Positions 1 to 12,597 of a stretch of 64,000 bases of DNA are shown piece after piece. The DNA comes from Lophium mytilinum. Taxonomy: Eukaryota. How positions within the stretch are numbered: the stretch's first letter is position 1; each line of letters starts with the position of its first letter. The stretch spans positions 321,502 through 385,501 of the forward strand of contig MU004182.1 of NCBI GenBank assembly GCA_010093605.1, given 5' to 3'. A model generated the notes under the pieces. It searched no databases and was not told the origin of the DNA. It was given only the letters and a program-made list of their open reading frames with translations. A program made the translations under genes and the position numbers.

Positions 1-2197
1 AATTTAATATAATAGCTTGCTCCTTATAACTAGTAAATAGATTTCTATCTACTATTATATGGCTTGTGCTCCCGGAGTCTAATATATAATTAGCTTCGTT
101 ATTAGGGGTATAATGGGATGCTAGAAATACCTTTACTTTAGCTGCATCTAGATCTATATCGAAATCTGCCCAGTTATTAGGGTTAGATTCTTCTATAAGT
201 AAGGATTCTTCCTTATTATTATTATCTTTTGGTGGTTCAAAGTACTCCTTTATTCTAAACCATTTTGGAGCTCTTTCTAGAAATAGATAGAAATAATCCT
301 TTGTAAGGTGCGTAGCTGTTTTACACTTCTTACAATATCTTGTTTTTTCTACTCTATTCTTATTTTTAGGCAAGAACTTTTTAGTTCTATTAAATAGAGC
401 CGTTTCGTGCTCTTTAGACTCTTGTCTTCTTGCTTTATCCATTAAATTAGAGAATAAATCATCTAATTTAATATTAGATGAATTTTCCCTATAGAATTAC
501 GTAACCATTATTACAAAGCCATTGTAGGGGTCCGTTAGGTTATTTAAAACCCAGGCTACAATAACTTAATTTAGTAATTCAAGCTTTTTCGCTTTTAATT
601 GATCTGTTAACTGTTTTATCTTATTTAAGTAATCTTCCATAGTTAAAAACTTAGATAAAATAGTATTAAACAGCTCCTTATAAATAAGGAATTTAGAACT
701 AAAGCCCTTTAGGCTATATAGCTTCTTTAGTAGCTTCTAAGCTTCTATTATAGTAGTAGAATACTGTAATTGTAATAGAGGACCGTCCTCTATAGTAAGC
801 CTAATAGTGGCTAATGCTTTTGCATTGTTTTCCTTATTAATAGGAATAGGAGTAGTACTGCTAATAGCATTACTACAACCTTTTTCTACTAAGAGAGATT
901 GTACTCTTAGAGCCCAAACTTTATAGTTAGATTAACTAACTAGCTTAGTAATACTGATTTTATCCATTTTAGATTGAATAGATAGATAGATAGCCTGTTA
1001 GGTAAATAGATAGATAGATAAATAGATAAATAGATGGATTTCTATATATCTATAGATTTATTAAATAGATAGATTTCTATCTATCTATATATTTGGCGAA
1101 TAGATAGATAGNNNNNNNNNNGATAAATAGATAAATAGATGGATTTCTATATATCTATAGATTTATTAAATAGATAGATTTCTATCTATCTATATATTTG
1201 GCGAATAGATAGATAGATAAATTCTATGTATCTATGTATTTGATAAATAGATAAATAGATGGATTTCTATATATCTATGGATTTTTGTTTAAATAGATAG
1301 CTTTCTATCTATCTATGTATTTAGCAAATAGATAGATAGATAAATTCTATATATCTATGTATTTAATAAATAGATAGATAGATAGAAAGAGAAATATTTC
1401 AAATTTTAATCGATTTATCTTCTTGTATTAGATAAGATAATAGGATAAAAGGTTATAATCTAATCTAGAGTATCTGGATTTAATATATAATAGGTAATAG
1501 AGGTTAGAAGGTTAATTACATAGTTTGTGACGTGATATAAGCTTATAGAAGCTTTATAATGGTAAATATAAATTTCTTTAGTCTAATTTTATTTATGATG
1601 GATTTACAATTCTAGATTGCGTTCCAGCTATTATATGGCGGGCTTATAGTCGATAACTTCGTCCTCTTCTTTAATTTCGGCTTTGTTCTCGGCTATTTTG
1701 GCTTCGTTTTAAGCTTAAAACCACTTGTACGGTGGTGTAGTAGGTTTGTATACTAGTAATAGTAAATAAGATAGTAAACGGCGTCGTTTTTATCCAATAT
1801 TTAGTCGATTTAAATGATTCTGGTCAATATTTCGTTGATTTAGATAATTTTAATTAATATCTAGTTGATTTTAAGATGGAACCTGCCCGTTGGTGCTTTA
1901 TATAGCTGTAGATTGCGTAGTGCAATCCGGGCTTATAACCTATTAAAGGTATAGAGTTAATGTGAGAATAGATGGATAGATAGATAGAAATTGTATTGCT
2001 TAAGTTCTATTCTATATTAATAGCAATAGAGTATATATACAGCATTTAATACATTATAAAACGTTTCTCTAACGTTCTTATAACGTTATCTAACGTTTAT
2101 TATATTACGTTTAAACGCTTACAGTTTCGTCCCGTTTAAAGGCTTTTAAGCCTATTATGCGTAAGAATATAACGCTTATGCTATTATAATTCTTATA
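1..2197 (-). mobile_element. Ty1/Copia LTR retrotransposon copy 1, 5' part only (5' LTR, PBS, leader, gag, start of protease); RIP-degraded, continues past the window start
   Basis: LTR at 1941-2197. On the minus strand the PBS-like GGTTATAAGCCC follows it directly. Gag starts MDKISITKLV*..NYKVWALRVQSLLVEKG at ATG ~967, with zinc knuckle YCKKCKTATHLTKDY (~295-340) and protease YILDSGSTSH (~60-90). Colinear with copy 2 (7800-9776), differing mainly by transitions. Confidence 0.92.
975..1400. repeat. GATA/TATC-rich tandem and inverted repeat array in the Copia leader (also at ~8760-8960)
   Basis: Repeated ~55-60 bp units such as AAATAGATAGAT...TTCTATNTATCTAT. The segment near 1011-1111 recurs across the 10-N gap. 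Confidence 0.8.
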
Positions 2198-2601
2198 GTA
2201 AAAGCTATATTCTCTATTATATCTAGCGTTAAGCGCCTTTTTCTATTGCAATTTAGCTATAGGGGATATATATTAGGTCTATTAGAACTACTATAGAATA
2301 GGCTATTAAAATTTATTATTATACTCTAGATAGGGTAATTATTATTCTTCTAAGTTTAGGCTAAATAGAATCTAGATAATAAGCTAGTATAGGAATAGTA
2401 TAAGGGCCCATATATTAATAATATGCACGTAGATCCTTTATCTAAGGTAATAAGAAGAATTAAATAGTAGGTAGCTGTCCAGGCTATTAGAAATAGAAAT
2501 AGTAAGGCTATATAGTATGTAGGTAGTATATAGCTATCTCTAGACTATATAGTTAGTATTACTAGTAAGGTATTAATCCTCCTCTTTATATAGTAGTTAC
2601 T

Positions 2602-2628
2602 TCTTAAAGGTATAGAGTTAATATAAGA

Positions 2629-2665
<37 letters not shown>

Positions 2666-2877
2666 AATTATATTACTTAAGTTCTATTCTATACTAACAG
2701 TAATAGAGTTATATATATACAGCATTTAATATAGTATAAAACATTTCTCTAATATTCTTATAGTGTTATCTAACGTTTATTATATTACGTTTAAATGCGC
2801 ACAGTTTTATTCCATTTAAAGGCTTTTAAGCCTATTACGCGTAAGGATATAACGCCTATACTATTTTAATCCTTACA
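2602..2877 (-). mobile_element. Solo LTR of the same Copia family with 5-bp TSD TTACT
   Basis: Aligns to the LTRs at 1941, 4308 and 9517. TTACT at 2597-2601 and 2878-2882. Its internal GATA run is expanded. Confidence 0.9.
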
Positions 2878-3842
2878 TTACTAGCTAGTAATTATAAAAA
2901 GAAAGAGTATAGAGGGCTGCGCTATATACTACTAATTTACCTTTAGTATATAGAGGTACTATAAGGTAGAGCTCTATAGCTAGTAGACTTATAGTAGATA
3001 TTAGTAGGCTATTATAGAATAGCGAGTATAGTAGGTATATATATATATATACTTTCTATTCTATTTTCTTTAAGTATAGCTATAGAGTACTAGCTTATAG
3101 TACTTTTAGCTACTAAGAATAAATAGGGAGTATATAGTAGTATTTCTTTTATAGTAAGTATACTTATATACTTTTTATTTTATTTCTCTTAAGTCTACAT
3201 ATCTATAGAGTAAAAGCCTAGAGCTAACTATTACTTCTACTATATACTACACCCTACGGCCTATAAGTAAGGCCCTCTTATATTACCTATAACGTTCTTG
3301 TAATAATAGGCTATTATAGCAACCGGACGCTATTATCTACTAACTAATACTACTATAGTTCTTACTCTAACGCCTTACGGCTCTATCTAGGTCTAATTTA
3401 TATAAGAATGGTATAGGTATAAGGCCCTTTACTATAGCCCGCTATAGAGGTGTCCTGTTATCTATATATTAGAGTTAGGTTGCTTTTATTATATACTCTT
3501 CTATATTCTCTTATTAGTATTAAGTATTAAGGCTTAAGAGCGCTAAGACCTCTAACCTCTACTACTCTAGCGGCGGTAAGGATAATATCTTTAAAGATAT
3601 CCTCCAGCTATAATATAATACTACTAGATAAGTAATAATTATTAATCTTACTCTTAGCTAAGTGTTGCAGTTTACTTAAGATAGAGAGGAACGCCTGTAT
3701 AATAATATATATTAAATTATAATTTTAGTATTTCTTATTATAATAAGATATAGCTCTCTATCTATATCCCTATATATCTCTTTATCTCTTTTTCTATCTA
3801 TCTATCTCTCTATCTATCTACTATCTATTTATTATCTTTCCT

Positions 3843-3873
<31 letters not shown>

Positions 3874-4307
3874 CTTTATCTCTCTATCTATCTCTCTATC
3901 TCTCTTTCTATCTATCTCTTAATCTATTAATCTATATATTATCTCTTTTTATAATAGCCCTAAGTCTATTCTTCTTTTATAAGCTTATATAAGGGTTAAA
4001 AATGTAATAAGTATAATTATACTTTTAAAGATAAAGTTAGCTATAATAGCCTTCAACTATTACAATGCTATTAGAAATACTTTTAGCAAAACTAGACCTT
4101 TACTATAATATTACTCTTATTAGTCTTAAACTCTAGTACCTTATTAGTAGTATAAGTAACTTCTCTAACAGTAGATATACTAATACTATAGCTAGTAATA
4201 TTAGTTTTAAGAGGTGTATATAATAATTAGCTAGTACTAGATAGTACTAACTTTTCTATAGAGCTATTTATTAATTCTTATCTATATCCTTATATTGTTA
4301 TAGACTA

Positions 4308-7300
4308 TGTTAAAGGTATAGAGTTAATGTAAGAATAGATGGATAGATAGATAGAAATTATATTGCTTAAGTTCTATTCTATATTAATAGTAACGGAGTT
4401 ATATATATACAGCATTTAATGCATTATAAAACGTTTCTCTAACGTTCTTATAACATTATCTAACGTTTGTTGTATTACGTTTAAACGCTCACGGTTTCGT
4501 CCCGTTTAAAGGCTTTTAAGCCTATTATGCGTAAGGATATAACGCTTATACTATTATAATCCTTACACACTCCCTTAAGCGTTATATGCTTATTTTGTAT
4601 ATTCTTTTTCGAATAGATAGAGAGANNNNNNNNNNNNNNNNNNNNNNNNNNNNNNNNNNNNNNNNNNNNNNNNNNNNNNNNNNNNNNNNNNNNNNNNNNN
4701 NNNNNNNNNNNNNNNNNNNNNNNNNNNNNNNNNNNNNNNNNNNNNNNNNNNNNNNNNNNNNNNNNNNNNNNNNNNNNNNNNNNNNNNNNNNNNNNNNNNN
4801 NNNNNNNNNNNNNNNNNNNNNNNNNNNNNNNNNNNNNNNNNNNNNNNNNNNNNNNNNNNNNNNNNNNNNNNNNNNNNNNNNNNNNNNNNNNNNNNNNNNN
4901 NNNNNNNNNNNNNNNNNNNNNNNNNNNNNNNNNNNNNNNNNNNNNNNNNNNNNNNNNNNNNNNNNNNNNNNNNNNNNNNNNNNNNNNNNNNNNNNNNNNN
5001 NNNNNNNNNNNNNNNNNNNNNNNNNNNNNNNNNNNNNNNNNNNNNNNNNNNNNNNAGATTTCTGTAGTTTACTATTCCAGCTAATAGGGGTTTTTCCATA
5101 GGAGAAGTAGTAGCCAGTTATTAATTTTCTTCCTATTATATCACCCCCGTGATCTGCATCGGAATATCCTAATAAATAGGGTGCTGGATCACTAGGAGAA
5201 AATTTAACGCTAATTCCGTGCGTAGGCTTATATAATAAGTATTTCCAGATCCTTTCTAAGGCTTTAAAGTAAATAGGACTAGGATTAGACATAAAATAAG
5301 CGCATAGATTTATGCTATAGGCTATATCTAGTCTTGTCTTTATAGATAGATAAATAAGACTTCCAACTTATTGCTAGTATAGTTTTATATCTTCTTTTAA
5401 TGCCTATTTATCGTTTTTCTCTAGTTTTATACCTATTTCTCCTAGTATAGAAACGGGATTTAGTTTCTCTTTATTAAATCTTTTTAATAGACTTTTTGTA
5501 TACTTTTTCTGGCTTAATAATAGGGTTCTTTCCTTTCTATTACGTATTATTTCCATGCCTAGAAAATAGGATATAGGCCCTAAGTTTGTTAATTCTAAGT
5601 CTTTGCTTAGTTTTAATTATAGATTTTCTATATCTTTTATATTTAGGCCAAATACTAATAAATTATCTACGTAGCAGACTATTATTATATTTAATTGCGT
5701 ATTTTTAAATACTGCCTGCTCTGTAATAGTACTTTTAAAACTATACTTTTCTAAATATGTAGCTAAATAGATATACCATTGTCTAGGGGACTATTTTAAG
5801 CCGTATAATGCTTTATTTAGCTTATAGACTTTATTATTTATATTAAAACCATGTAGTTATTCCACGTATAGTTCTTTATCTAAGTCTGCATGCGTAAATG
5901 CGTTTTTAAAGTCCTATTATATTATTTCCCAGTTATAATAAGTAGCTAATATAAGTAATAGCCTATATACTTCTGGGCGGCAGGTATTAGCAAAGGTTTC
6001 TTTATAATCTACGCCGTAGATTTGGCTAAAACCTTTTACTACCCATCTTGCCTTATATTTAGATATATTATTATCTATATCAGTTTTAATTTTATAAACC
6101 CAGCGTCCTTTTAACGCATTTCTATTTACTAGTAAGTCTACTAACTTCCAGGTATTTTGCTTATTAAGCTGGTCTATTTCTATTTGCATAGCTTCTTTCC
6201 ATTTATTATTATATGGAGATTCCATAGCTTGTTTATATGTATTTAGCTCGTTATTTTTATTAATAATAAAGGCTAATTCGTCTTTAGATAGATCATCTAT
6301 ATATATATTTGTAGATAATTAAGTTTAGTTTCTATCTATATATGTATTTAATGATTGATTTTTATCTATGTATCTATTTATTGAATTTGGATTTTATATA
6401 TATCTTTAAATAGATAGATTTTTAGATGGTTTTATAGCTAATTTATCTTTAGATAAGCTTTTATCTATAATAGTACTACTTTCGTCTCTAATAGTATTAT
6501 TACTACTTATTATAGTATTATCTATATTTCCACGTTCTTTTAGTGGTTTTATAGCATATTCTATAGAGCTTTCCTTTTTATTTACTTTATTCTTTATATT
6601 TAGAAAGCTTTCTATTATAGTTATATCTCTTGCCCAGAAGATCTTATTAGTTTCTAGATCTAATAATCTATACGCATTTGAACCATAGCCTAATATTATG
6701 GCCTTTTTAGCTCTTGGTTCTAATTTAGTTATTTGCGTTTTAACCTTATAATAAGCTGTAGAGCCAAAGATTTTTATATTATCTATTTTAGCTTTCCTTT
6801 TATAATATAGCTTAAATGGCGTTTTATCTTTTAAACTAGAGTGCGGCGTTCTATTATATATATATACGGCCGCATTTACAGCTTCTCCCTATAGGTTAAA
6901 AGGTAAATTAGCTGTATATAATAGAGCCCTTACTATATTAAATATAGTTAAGTTAATTCGCTCTACTAGACCGTTTTGTTCCGGCGTATAGGGGCTTAAG
7001 AGTTAATGGGTTATACCCGTTTTTAAAAGAGTTATTTTAAACTTCTTATTTATATATTCTCCCCCATTATTAGTTTTAAAAATTTGTATTTTTCTTTTAT
7101 CTCCTGTATTTATATTTTTAGCCTTAGCTTTATATTCTAAAAAGGCGTTATAAGCTTTATCTTTAGATTTTAATAGTTTATATTCTATATATCTTGAAGC
7201 TGTATCTATAAAGAAGATAACGTATTTATTACCCCCTAAACTAGGTGGATTTATAGGCCCTGCTAAATCTAAAGAGACTTTTTATAAAGGAATTACCGTT

Positions 7301-9776
7301 TTTGGTGTTATTTCCTTACTTCTCTTATTTTTTGTTATTTTAGCTTTTATATAGGTTTTGTATTGTATAGGCTCTTTTATATTTATACCTAATAGTATAC
7401 TAAGCTTTCTAGAGCTTATATGGCCTATTCTTTAGTGCTAAATAGATAGATTATTTCTATCTATATATGTATTTGTCAAATCGCTTTTATCTATCTATTT
7501 ATGTATTTAATTCATTTTTACATCTATTTATTTTGTAAAAAGCGTTGTATTCTCTATATTTATATAGTATAAAGAGTTTTTAAGTAATGCTGTTGCTAGT
7601 ATATTATTCTTTTTATATATAATAGCTGTTTTATTCTTAAACGTAACGTTTATTCCTATAGAATCTAGTTTACTTATAGATATTAGATTATATCTAAAGT
7701 TAGGTATAAAAAGGCACTTTTCTAGTATAAATATATTCCCATTTAGTTTTAATTGTACATTTCCTACACCTTCTGCGGTTGTAGTTTTATTTTCTCTCTA
7801 TTTTAATATAGTAGCTTGTTCTTTATAGCTAGTAAATAGCTTTCTATCTACTATTATATAGCTTGTGCTCCCGGAGTCTAATATATAATTAGCTTTGTTA
7901 TTAGGGGTATAATGGGATGCTAGAAATACCTTTACTTTAGCTGCATCTAGATCTATATTGAAATCTGCCCAGTTATTAGGGTTAAATTCTTCTGTAAGTA
8001 AGGATTCTTCCTTATTATCTTTTGGTGGTTTAAAGTATTCCTTTATTCTAAACTATTTTAGAGCTTTTTCAGGAAATAGATAGAAATAATCTTTTGTAAA
8101 GTGCGTAGCTGCTTTACACTTCTTATAATATCTTATTTTTTCTACTCTATTCTTTTTTGGTAAGAACTTTTTAGTTCTATTAAATAGAGCCGTTTTATGC
8201 TCTTTAGACTCTTATTGTCTTACTTTATCTATTAAATTAGAGAATAAATTATCTAGTTTAATATTAGATGAATTTTCCCTATAGGATTGCATAACTATAG
8301 TTATAAAGCCGTTATAGGGGTCCGTTAGGTTATTTAGAACCTAAGCTACAACAACTTAATTTAGTAATTTAAGCTTTTTCGCTTTTAATTAATCTGTTAA
8401 CTATTTTATCTTATTTAAGTAATCTTCTATAGTTGAAAACTTAGATAAAATAGTATTAAACAGTTCCTTATAAATAAGGAATTTAGAACTAAAGCCCTTT
8501 AGGCTATATAGCTTCTTTAGTAGCTTCTAAGCTTCTATTGCAGTAGCGGAATACTGTAATTATAATAGAGGACCATCCTCTCTAGTAAGCCTAATAGTGG
8601 CTAATGCTTTTGCATTGTTTTCCTTATTAATAGGAATAGGAGTAGTACTGCTAATAGCATTACTACAACTTTTTTCTACTAAGAGAGATTATACTCTTAG
8701 AGCCTAAACTTTGTAGTTAGATTAACCAACTAGCTTAGTAATACTAATTTTATCCATTTTAGATTAAATAGATAGATAGATAGCCCGTTAGGCAAATAGA
8801 TAGATAGATAAAATAGATAAATAGATAGATTTCTATATATCTATAGATTTTTGTTTAAATAGATAGATTTCTATCTATCTATATATTTAGCGAATAGATA
8901 GATAGATAAATTCTATGTATCTATATACTTAATAAATAGATAGATAGGTAGAAAGAGAAATATTTTAAATTTTAATCGATTTCTCTATCTTGTATTTAAT
9001 AAGATAATAGAATAAAAGGTTACAATCTAATCTAGAGTATCTAGATTTAATACATAATAGATAATAGACGTTAGAAGGTTAATTGCGTGGTTTATAATAT
9101 AATATAAGCTTATAGAAGCTTTATATTAATAGATATAATAAATAGGTAATATTTCTTTAGTCTAATTTTATTTATAATAGATTTACAATTCTAGATTGCG
9201 TTCCAGCTATTATATAGCGGGTTTATAGTCGATAACTTCATCTCCTTTAATTTTAGCTTTATTCTTAGCTATTTTAGCTTTATTTTAAGCTTAAAACCAC
9301 TTGTATAGTAGTGTAGTAGGTTTGTATGCTGGTAATAGTAAATGAGATAGTAAACGGCGTTGTTTTTATCCAATATTTAGTTAATTTAAATGATTCTAGT
9401 CGATATTTTATTAATTTTAATAATTTTAATTAATATCTAGTTAATTTTAAGATGGAACCTGCCCGTTGGTGCTTTATATAGCTGTAGATTGCGTAGTATA
9501 ATCCGGGCTTATAACCTGTTAAAGGTATAGAGTTAATATAAGAATAGATAGATAGATAGATAGGAATTATATTACTTGAGTTCTATTCTATATTAACAGT
9601 AATAGAGTTATATATATACAGCATTTAATGCATTATAAAACGTTTCTCTAACGTTCTTATAACATTATCTAACGTTTGTTATATCACGTTTAAACGCTTA
9701 CGGTTTCGTCCCGTTTAAAGGCTTTTAAGCCTATTATGCGTAAGGATATAACGCTTATACTATTATAATCCTTACA
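4308..9776 (-). mobile_element. Full-length Ty1/Copia LTR retrotransposon copy 2 (gag-PR-IN-RT-RNaseH), RIP-inactivated, with an N gap in RNase H
   Basis: 260-bp LTRs at 4308-4567 and 9517-9776 (TG...CA). TSD GACTA (4303-4307) / GACTG (9777-9781). PBS at 9505-9516 and PPT-like AAGGGAGTG next to 4568. Gag ATG ~8757. Integrase motifs FIDTASRY, NNGGEY, PYTPEQNGLVER; RT motifs KGRWVYKIK, YKARWVVKGFSQ, YVDN; RNase H LGYSDADHGGD. Many in-frame TAA/TAG stops. Confidence 0.95.
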
Positions 9777-10191
9777 GACTGGCCTTAAGATAGTATGTAA
9801 TAAGCATTAATAGTATATTTAGTATCTAAGGGGAAGGAAGGAAGGAAGTAAGGAAAGGAGGCAGCTCCGTATTGGCACCGCTACGGCGCCAAGGCCCCAG
9901 GCCTGATAGGCCCCAGGCTAAGGGCACGGGTAAAGCCCGAGCCCATAATATATATATAGATATATCTATAGAACTCTAGTATAGTAGTATTTATACTAGT
10001 AGTAGAAATATAGAGCTTTATTATATGCTTTTCGGCTATTTAGAAGATAGTATAGTAATTAAAAAAGAATAGAATATATAGAGTAATATAAGTATTTATT
10101 AAGATAAAAAGGGTCTATATCTCTATCTCCTTAAAGGCTATATTATTTATTATTTTAATAAATTATCTAGAAATAAGTAGAAGATAATAAA

Positions 10192-10770
10192 GGGTGTAGG
10201 TGTTTATCGCCCCTCTCTTTAGTAGATATACCCCCTTTTTAAGTTAATGTACTTTCCCCCTTCTTATCTAATCTTCTAATTAGTCCAGAGGGTTTAGACT
10301 ACTACTCTAGCGCTTAATTCTTATGCGCATTTATATAGCCTTACTATTTTATTAAATATTCTTTCTATTTCCTGCTATATATTTAGGCTGTTATACTACT
10401 ACCTGTATATCTATAAGCCTATAAACATGCTAAAACCTATTTGCACCGGGTGCTAATACGGCTTATTTATATTTGTCCTAGCTATCCTCTATTGCTACCG
10501 CCTCCATCGCCGCTTAATACAGGATGAGGCTAAGGATAAGCGCTATCCTGCCTCATTTCATAGTACTATAAGGACTTATAAGCCCGTGGCGGTGGCGGCT
10601 GGAAGTCCATAGTAAGTGTATTATAGTAGAGGGTAAGAATGTGATTGTTCGTAGCTACGCTACATTTGGAGAGTCGGAGGCCTTGGAGGACCCCTCCAGA
10701 CCAATTAGAAGATTGAATAAGAGGGGGAGTATAAGACTATTAAAAAGTTGGGGTACAAATACCAGCGCCC
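10192..10770. mobile_element. Non-autonomous TIR DNA transposon (MITE-like; Mutator- or hAT-type) with 8-bp TSD
   Basis: Left end GGGTGTAGGTGTTTAT...CCCCCTTCTTATCTAATCTTCTAATTAGTCCAGAGGG matches the reverse complement of the right end (GGGCGCTGGTATTTGT...CCCCCTCTTATTCAATCTTCTAATTGGTCTGGAGGG). ATAATAAA flanks both ends (10184-10191 and 10771-10778). Confidence 0.75.
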
Positions 10771-10892
10771 ATAATAAAACTTATTATTCCTTAAGATAGT
10801 AATCTTTAATTAGCAATTTTTAATAACGGCTCAAGTGCATGATTTCTTGGTTTATGTCTGCTTCTACCTTCGTTATTTAATTTAGCAGCTAC

Positions 10893-12032
10893 TTAAGGAC
10901 TATCACCCCAACATTGATGCATCAAGACTTGCTCCATCGTCGTTCTAGCAGTTGGGTCTAGATTTGTCATTCCAGAGATCATGGTTTGTATTTCGGGACC
11001 AAGCTCTCGACCCCAATGCTCGAATCTCATTTCAGGCTGATCCTCAACAGCCTTCTCAGCTAATTCCGACGCTCCCTTCAGAGCATTGCACCAGTCCTCG
11101 TCGTTGACATGCTTAAGGAGTCCTTCGGGAAGTGGCCCAAAATAGGCAAAGTGTCGAGTCAGAACCTCTTGTTCCGCCGATATACCATGCTTTACTAGCT
11201 CCTCGTAATCGTTCAAAAGCAGGAGCTCGCCACCCCCAAGAGCATATATGCACTGTGAACAAAGATTAGCATCCACTTTTGAGCTTGCGAATGGCTCACT
11301 TACCACTAGTCCAAATGAAAACATGTCTGACGCCTTTGTTACGCCTTTTCCGGTCTGTCCTTCTGGGCTTCGCCACATAGCGTTTCCTATTGCATAAGGG
11401 GTCTGACGTGGCTGTCCAGATTCCGACTTGAAAGCGAGATCAAAATCGCCTAGGGCCACATCGCTGACTGTTTTATTACCCTCTTGGTCGGCAGTCCAAT
11501 TGACCAGAATATTGTCGGGCTTCACATCTGTCAAAATAGATTAATATGTTAAGAGTCTTGAATAACACAGGTTTTTGGACTGCAGAGAGTGTACCGATGT
11601 GCATCCAGTCCTTTCCATGGAGTTCTTGGATTGCTTCTCCTGTACGTCGCAAGATCTTTATTCGTTCCGTCGCAGGCATGTCTGGATCCTCTTGCTGCAA
11701 GGCAAGCAGGGTGCTTCTGAAGTAGGGATAGACAAGAATGCCTTCCTCTTGGTTGCAATCAACGTGCATTCGAAGCCGACGGGAGTTTCTAAATTCAGCT
11801 GCGAGGCGTAGGGACAAATCGTAGAACGGCCTAGATACGCGCTTCAGGACGAAAGACTCATTCTCAGACCTGAGTGACATAGGTCAGAGGTATGGGTAAA
11901 CTAGGAGAAGTGCATGGAGTTTGGAACGTACTCTGCTTTGAAGATGCTGAGCTTAGGGTTCTTGCTGTGACGCTGGAGCACCTTGCTTTGAGCGTACACG
12001 CGACCAGATTTGCCCACTATGGTGGATGCCAT
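10893..12032 (-). CDS. Fungal Ser/Thr protein kinase-like protein (4 exons)
   Basis: Spliced MASTIVGKSGRVY...FKAE|SENESFVLKRV...WMHI|DVKPDNILV...GDFDLA...WRSPE...DMFSFGLV|CIYALGG...RTTMEQVLMH. GT-AG introns near 11870-11930, 11530-11595 and 11253-11303. Confidence 0.85.
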
Positions 12033-12597
12033 TCTGATGCTTGTAGGGTAGGCAATATGATTGAAGGGTCTATGACGGGCGAGACGATCACGAGGCATCG
12101 AAAATGAGACTGCTCGACTGGGAAAGCACGATACCAAAAATGGGCAAAGATAGGGGACAAATTACGATATTTGTCTTTCCCACTTTTTTATAACGTTGCT
12201 GGTGAGTTTTGGTTCTTCCTTATCTCGTAGAGTCGTACGCGGATGCTCGTCACATTTGTCGGTCTTTTCCTAGGTTCTTGTTGCTGCAAATCATTCAGGC
12301 GAGAAATGATTTTTATTTACTAATTGATTGTCGCAGATGAAGGGATTGTATCATCAGCCTTATTCCATGCCACTACTGCCCTCACGTTTATATCTCTTCT
12401 CTTCACCACTTGCTACGAGCCAATGTCATACAAGATACAGACGAGTTTTAGTATTCACTACGGTTCGCTACTTTTACAAACATGTCGTCGTCCACCGAAG
12501 ATACAGTCAGCGAACCCATGACGTCCGTAGCGATTGGAACGACTAAGCGCATGATTTTCCGTGAGGGCTCAGCTTCATTCCTCTCCGAACAGAGCTT

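Noticed and set aside
1011..1220. Exact ~100-bp duplication on either side of a 10-N gap
   Set aside because: Probably a scaffolding overlap in a microsatellite region; copy 2 has fewer units.
975..1400. CRISPR-like repeat array
   Set aside because: Eukaryotic microsatellite-derived repeats without unique spacers or cas genes.
4582..5292. Long ORFs spanning the N gap
   Set aside because: Artefacts of Ns; only the RNase H fragment is real and it belongs to the Copia element.
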